A stretch of DNA of 20,759 nucleotides from the NCBI GenBank assembly GCA_043753995.1, contig JAYUVP010000158.1, positions 1 through 20,759 of the forward strand, read 5' to 3'. The notes below the pieces were generated by a model. That model was given only the letters and a program-made list of their open reading frames with translations. It was not told the DNA's origin and ran no database searches. Of the stretch, positions 17,711-20,759 are shown piece by piece. The translations under genes and the position numbers were made by a program. The stretch comes from Fibrobacterota bacterium. Lineage in GTDB: Bacteria > Fibrobacterota > Fibrobacteria > UBA11236. Position 1 is the stretch's first letter. Every line of letters begins with the position of its first letter.

Positions 17711-18790
17711 GTGAAAAACAGGCTGTGCATACTTCCGTTTGCCGTCGTACTTGGTCTCTGTTCGGTCGGCATTCAAGCTCAATCCTGGAATGTGCTGAAT
17801 GGGGGAACCTTGCCAACGGGTTGCCAGCACCTGACTTATACCAGTGCCGTCAATAATACCACCATCGGTTTCAACATTTATTTGCCGCCCGAGTATAACA
17901 ACAATACTTCAAAGCGGTATCCGGTGGTGTATTCCCTGCATGGCATGGGTGGCAATGAGTGGGGTAATATCGCTTATGCTACGGCCTTGCAATCCAATAT
18001 TCAATCCGGCGCCGTTAACCCCATGATTTGGGTTTTCGTCAATGGTCGCAGCAATACTTTTTATGCCGATTCCAAAGATGGCACGGTCAAATGTGAAACC
18101 AGTATTCTTCAAGAATTAATTCCTCATGTCGACTCCCTGTTCCGCACCATTCCTGACCGTGCCCATCGCGCCACCAATGGCATATCCATGGGCGGCTTTG
18201 GGGCCTTAATGCTGGCCACCAAGCATTTCGACAAGTTCGGACATGCTACTTCGGTGATTGCGGCCCTCGTGAATTGGGACACGCTTAGTGCCCAGCAATT
18301 CGATCAAAGCATACCTACCAAGATCTTCGGCGGTGATTCCGCCTATTTTAATCGAAACTATTATCCGCCGACCTTTGTTAAAAAGAATGCGGATTCCCTA
18401 AAAGCCTTGGGCATGAAGTTCCGCATGGCCGACAATCCCGGGGATGTTACCATGGGTCCGTTATACAGCTATAACGTGAACATGCGAAATATATTGAAGC
18501 AAAACGGCATTCCCGTCGAATTCGATTCCACGGCGGGGAATGGCCATGTGGCCGATTATGCGGGCCCTTCAGGAGTCGCCATTATCAAATTCCATTCTGC
18601 TGCTTTTGCGGCTGCCCCCGTAGATCTTCAAAGCTATAGGATTTCAGCCAAGCCCGCTTTAGCGGCGAGACGACTCACCCGAAACGGGCCATGGGCTTGG
18701 GCTTTGGTTCCAAGCGGGCCAAAGGAGCCCGAGCATTTCTATTCCATCACGGGTAAAATCTTGGATGGGTCGCGCATCTTACGTCCCTGA
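17711..18790 (+). CDS. Secreted alpha/beta-hydrolase, putative esterase (CE1/Fes/XynZ-esterase-like)
   Basis: GTG start after GGGGA. Sec signal peptide (MKNRL...IQA/Q), IYLPPEY, YPVVYSLHGMGG, ELIPHVD, nucleophile elbow GISMGG and a candidate catalytic His in GNGH. Ends in a basic tail of about 55 aa. Confidence 0.88.
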   Translation: MKNRLCILPFAVVLGLCSVGIQAQSWNVLNGGTLPTGCQHLTYTSAVNNTTIGFNIYLPPEYNNNTSKRYPVVYSLHGMGGNEWGNIAYATALQSNIQSGAVNPMIWVFVNGRSNTFYADSKDGTVKCETSILQELIPHVDSLFRTIPDRAHRATNGISMGGFGALMLATKHFDKFGHATSVIAALVNWDTLSAQQFDQSIPTKIFGGDSAYFNRNYYPPTFVKKNADSLKALGMKFRMADNPGDVTMGPLYSYNVNMRNILKQNGIPVEFDSTAGNGHVADYAGPSGVAIIKFHSAAFAAAPVDLQSYRISAKPALAARRLTRNGPWAWALVPSGPKEPEHFYSITGKILDGSRILRP

Positions 18791-19785
18791 TAATCGAAGC
18801 CTTTCGGATTGCGCTTGTTCAATCTTCTTTGAGCTAAAGGTTTTTTAACGCTCACTGTAGCCGGAGTTTTGCAGGTGGAAGCGATATGCAGGTTTGCCTC
18901 CTTGGAATATTCCGTGAAGGCAGGATCCATGCAGCCTTCTTTATGCCAAATCGCATAGAGCGAATCACTTTTCATCAGCTTGATTTCCCAATTGCGGAAT
19001 AAAAATTCGGATCCTTCCAGCTCTAATTGCAGGCGGCCTTTTTTAATAGGCACACGTTGGTTATTTGCATTAAGTCCGGTGGCCTTGGTCCCGCGATTTA
19101 TTTCATGGCCATTCAGGATAGTGCGGAATAAACTGTCGCCGAAAACCTCGACTTCCATGGTATTCCAGCCATCCTTCTCATAATCCGGGTTGTGATTTCC
19201 GTAAGCTGGCTGACAACATCCGCCCAATTGGGTTCCTTGGCCACCTCTATTGATGATTTGCGCGCCGGTAAGAATCCAAAAATCTCCAGCCCAAGCTTGA
19301 TTGCAATCGCCCGCGGCGACCGAGCAAGGCTTATTTCCGTTTGAATTCAAGTGCACACGTAGCTGGCATTCGATGGCTTGTGGAAAGGGCGGTAGGCCCG
19401 CATTGGCATGGAAAAACATGCCCGAATTCCAGGGATCGCCAGTCAACCAACCGTCATTGGTGAATTCCCCGGCGCGATATTCAACACGGGCCCGATAATA
19501 GCCGAATTCAAGATCGGTGGATAAAATGCCTCCTGTGCCAGCATCGCGGTTGGCTCGCTTACGACCTTGATAAAAATGAATCATGCTGTCGTGCACCGAT
19601 ACAATATTGCCAGGGTTCAGGCCCTTGGCACTTCCTTCAACATGGGGATAAAGCCCGCCTAAATCTTTGCCATTGAACAATCGAACCCATCCAGAATCTT
19701 TGTGATTCGGCTGGTATTCGGCTTGGGCCGATATTGCAAATAGAAGGGCGGGAAATACAGAAAAAACCATTGGATTCATATTCAT
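18739..19785 (-). CDS. Secreted DUF1080 (3-keto-disaccharide hydrolase-like) protein with a C-terminal GCMD module and basic tail
   Basis: Signal peptide (...FAISAQA/E), GWVRLFNGKDL, NSGMFFH, FPQAIECQL, GWNTMEV and GRLQLELEGSEFLFRNWEIK, all typical DUF1080 motifs. AAGG lies upstream of ATG 19785. Confidence 0.88.
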   Translation of the reverse strand: MNMNPMVFSVFPALLFAISAQAEYQPNHKDSGWVRLFNGKDLGGLYPHVEGSAKGLNPGNIVSVHDSMIHFYQGRKRANRDAGTGGILSTDLEFGYYRARVEYRAGEFTNDGWLTGDPWNSGMFFHANAGLPPFPQAIECQLRVHLNSNGNKPCSVAAGDCNQAWAGDFWILTGAQIINRGGQGTQLGGCCQPAYGNHNPDYEKDGWNTMEVEVFGDSLFRTILNGHEINRGTKATGLNANNQRVPIKKGRLQLELEGSEFLFRNWEIKLMKSDSLYAIWHKEGCMDPAFTEYSKEANLHIASTCKTPATVSVKKPLAQRRLNKRNPKGFDYQGRKMRDPSKILPVME

Positions 19786-19853
19786 TGCGCCTTGATTTAG
19801 ACTAGGGTTAGGCCTTGGTTAAGCGCTCAATCATTCAGGGGTAAGCACCCTCC

Positions 19854-19908
19854 CAATGATTATCCGGGGGGATGCCGAATTGAAGGTATCCCCAGACCGA
19901 GATTATTG
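19854..19908. repeat. Imperfect inverted repeat / extended hairpin
   Basis: Core GGGGATGCC (19868-19876) pairs with GGTATCCCC (19885-19893). Outer arms CAATGATT (19854-19861) and GATTATTG (19901-19908). Confidence 0.5.
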
Positions 19909-19968
19909 CCGCAAGAAACGAGAGCGAGGCGACTGCAAAAGGCTTTTTGAGGCCGGCTCTAGGCTAGC

Positions 19969-20391
19969 TTAGGACTCCGTGGTGGGCGGGAGAGGCCCCG
20001 CAGCTGCTAAGTCCCGCACATTTTTTTGAACCGCCACCGAACCAAATAAGCTGAATAAAAAGGCCATGCCGAAAAACCCCTTTTCACTCCGGGCAAGCTC
20101 CGCATTCCACAAGCCGACCATCATCAAACCGACGGCAATACCGAGACCTATCCAACATAAACCGAAATAAATGCCAGTAACCGGTATACCCTCTAGTTTA
20201 TCGCGCACTGATTTTTGCAAGGACACAGCAGAAAAAAGTCCGAACATCAGCAAAACGAAATAAAAGCCCTTTTCATTCAAGGCCATGGCTGAATTCCACA
20301 GGCCTAGGATATACGCCAAAGATCCGATGGCTAAGGCTCCCCACGAAGCGGCGATAAAGGCTCCAGTGGGGCGTTGCGTCGAGGGGATCAT
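19969..20391 (-). CDS. yiaA: Inner membrane protein YiaA (two yiaA/B two-helix repeats)
   Basis: Internal duplication [15 protein letters not shown]...[11 protein letters not shown] / [15 protein letters not shown]...[11 protein letters not shown], four TM helices, and an AAGGA RBS. Confidence 0.92.
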   Translation of the reverse strand: MIPSTQRPTGAFIAASWGALAIGSLAYILGLWNSAMALNEKGFYFVLLMFGLFSAVSLQKSVRDKLEGIPVTGIYFGLCWIGLGIAVGLMMVGLWNAELARSEKGFFGMAFLFSLFGSVAVQKNVRDLAAAGPLPPTTES

Positions 20392-20442
20392 AGGTCATTC
20401 CTTTTAGCAGTCGATGGACTAAAATGTCACACACCGACATTA

Positions 20443-20480
20443 GACGAAAGATAAAGAGGAGATGTAAGCCCCTCTTTATC
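20443..20480 (-). terminator. Probable intrinsic terminator of the right-edge minus-strand gene
   Basis: Perfect 10-bp inverted repeat GATAAAGAGG (20450-20459) / CCTCTTTATC (20471-20480), overlapping the stop codon. On the minus strand the stem gains a G-U and a G-C pair and ends in U-rich TTTATCTTTCGTC. Confidence 0.68.
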
Positions 20481-20759
20481 GCCTTCGGTTGGTTTTCGCT
20501 TTTTTGGTTTTCGCGGTTGCCTGTTCGGCGATTGAAGCCGCTAAGGTGACTTTCAGTGAATCGGCAATGCTTTGCATGGAGGTCAATTGGTTTTGGAGGC
20601 CTGTGACTTGAATCTTGAGTGCCGCCATATCGGCCTTGCTCTTGTCCTCAAATACCAAGAAGGCATTGCCGATATCGGTAAACATTTTCTGGTTCACGAA
20701 TTCTTTGGACGCCACTTCGATTTCATTATGTGCCAGCCGGCTTCCCACCCAAATAGACA
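20476..20759 (-). CDS. Hypothetical protein, C-terminal part (coiled coil plus basic tail); 5' end probably outside the window
   Basis: The frame stays open upstream of the track's GTG (...SIWVGSRLAH...) to the window edge. Heptad-like MAALKIQVTGLQNQLTSMQSIADSL, tail AKTKKAKTNRRR, followed by a terminator-like hairpin. Confidence 0.7.
   Translation of the reverse strand, partial: SIWVGSRLAHNEIEVASKEFVNQKMFTDIGNAFLVFEDKSKADMAALKIQVTGLQNQLTSMQSIADSLKVTLAASIAEQATAKTKKAKTNRRR

Noticed and set aside
19936..19949. CAAAAGGCTTTTTG as a yiaA terminator
   Set aside because: A/T-only stem with almost no loop and no GC-rich hairpin.
1..20759. CRISPR array, tRNA/rRNA, transposase, integrase, prophage or anti-phage defence genes
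   Set aside because: I saw no spaced repeats or matching motifs. Almost all the sequence is explained by the listed CDSs, and intergenic gaps are under 200 nt.

Overview
Bacterial, gene-dense window, mostly housekeeping and envelope genes with an accessory-looking right end. Left, minus strand: a short CbiX/SirB-type chelatase, an RlmD/TrmA-family RNA m5U methyltransferase lacking the Fe-S cysteines, and a cofactor-independent phosphoglycerate mutase (gpmI). gpmI is cut by the left edge and so is absent from the ORF track. Divergent plus-strand run: STAS anti-sigma antagonist, gcvT, ftsK, lipoprotein alpha-2-macroglobulin (thioester CIEQ), pbpC, a SET-like MFS transporter and a secreted CE1-like esterase. 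Right, minus strand: a secreted DUF1080 protein overlapping the esterase tail-to-tail by 52 bp, yiaA, and a CDS cut by the right edge. I saw no rRNA, tRNA, CRISPR array or mobile element. The best lead is that the two unrelated secreted enzymes share a short basic C-terminal tail (KP-x(0-1)-LA-x-RRL-x(1-2)-RN, then an aromatic-x3-G-[RK] motif). This may be a miniature T9SS-CTD-like sorting signal. A Fibrobacterota-like host is my inference only. All family calls come from reading motifs by eye; no searches were run.
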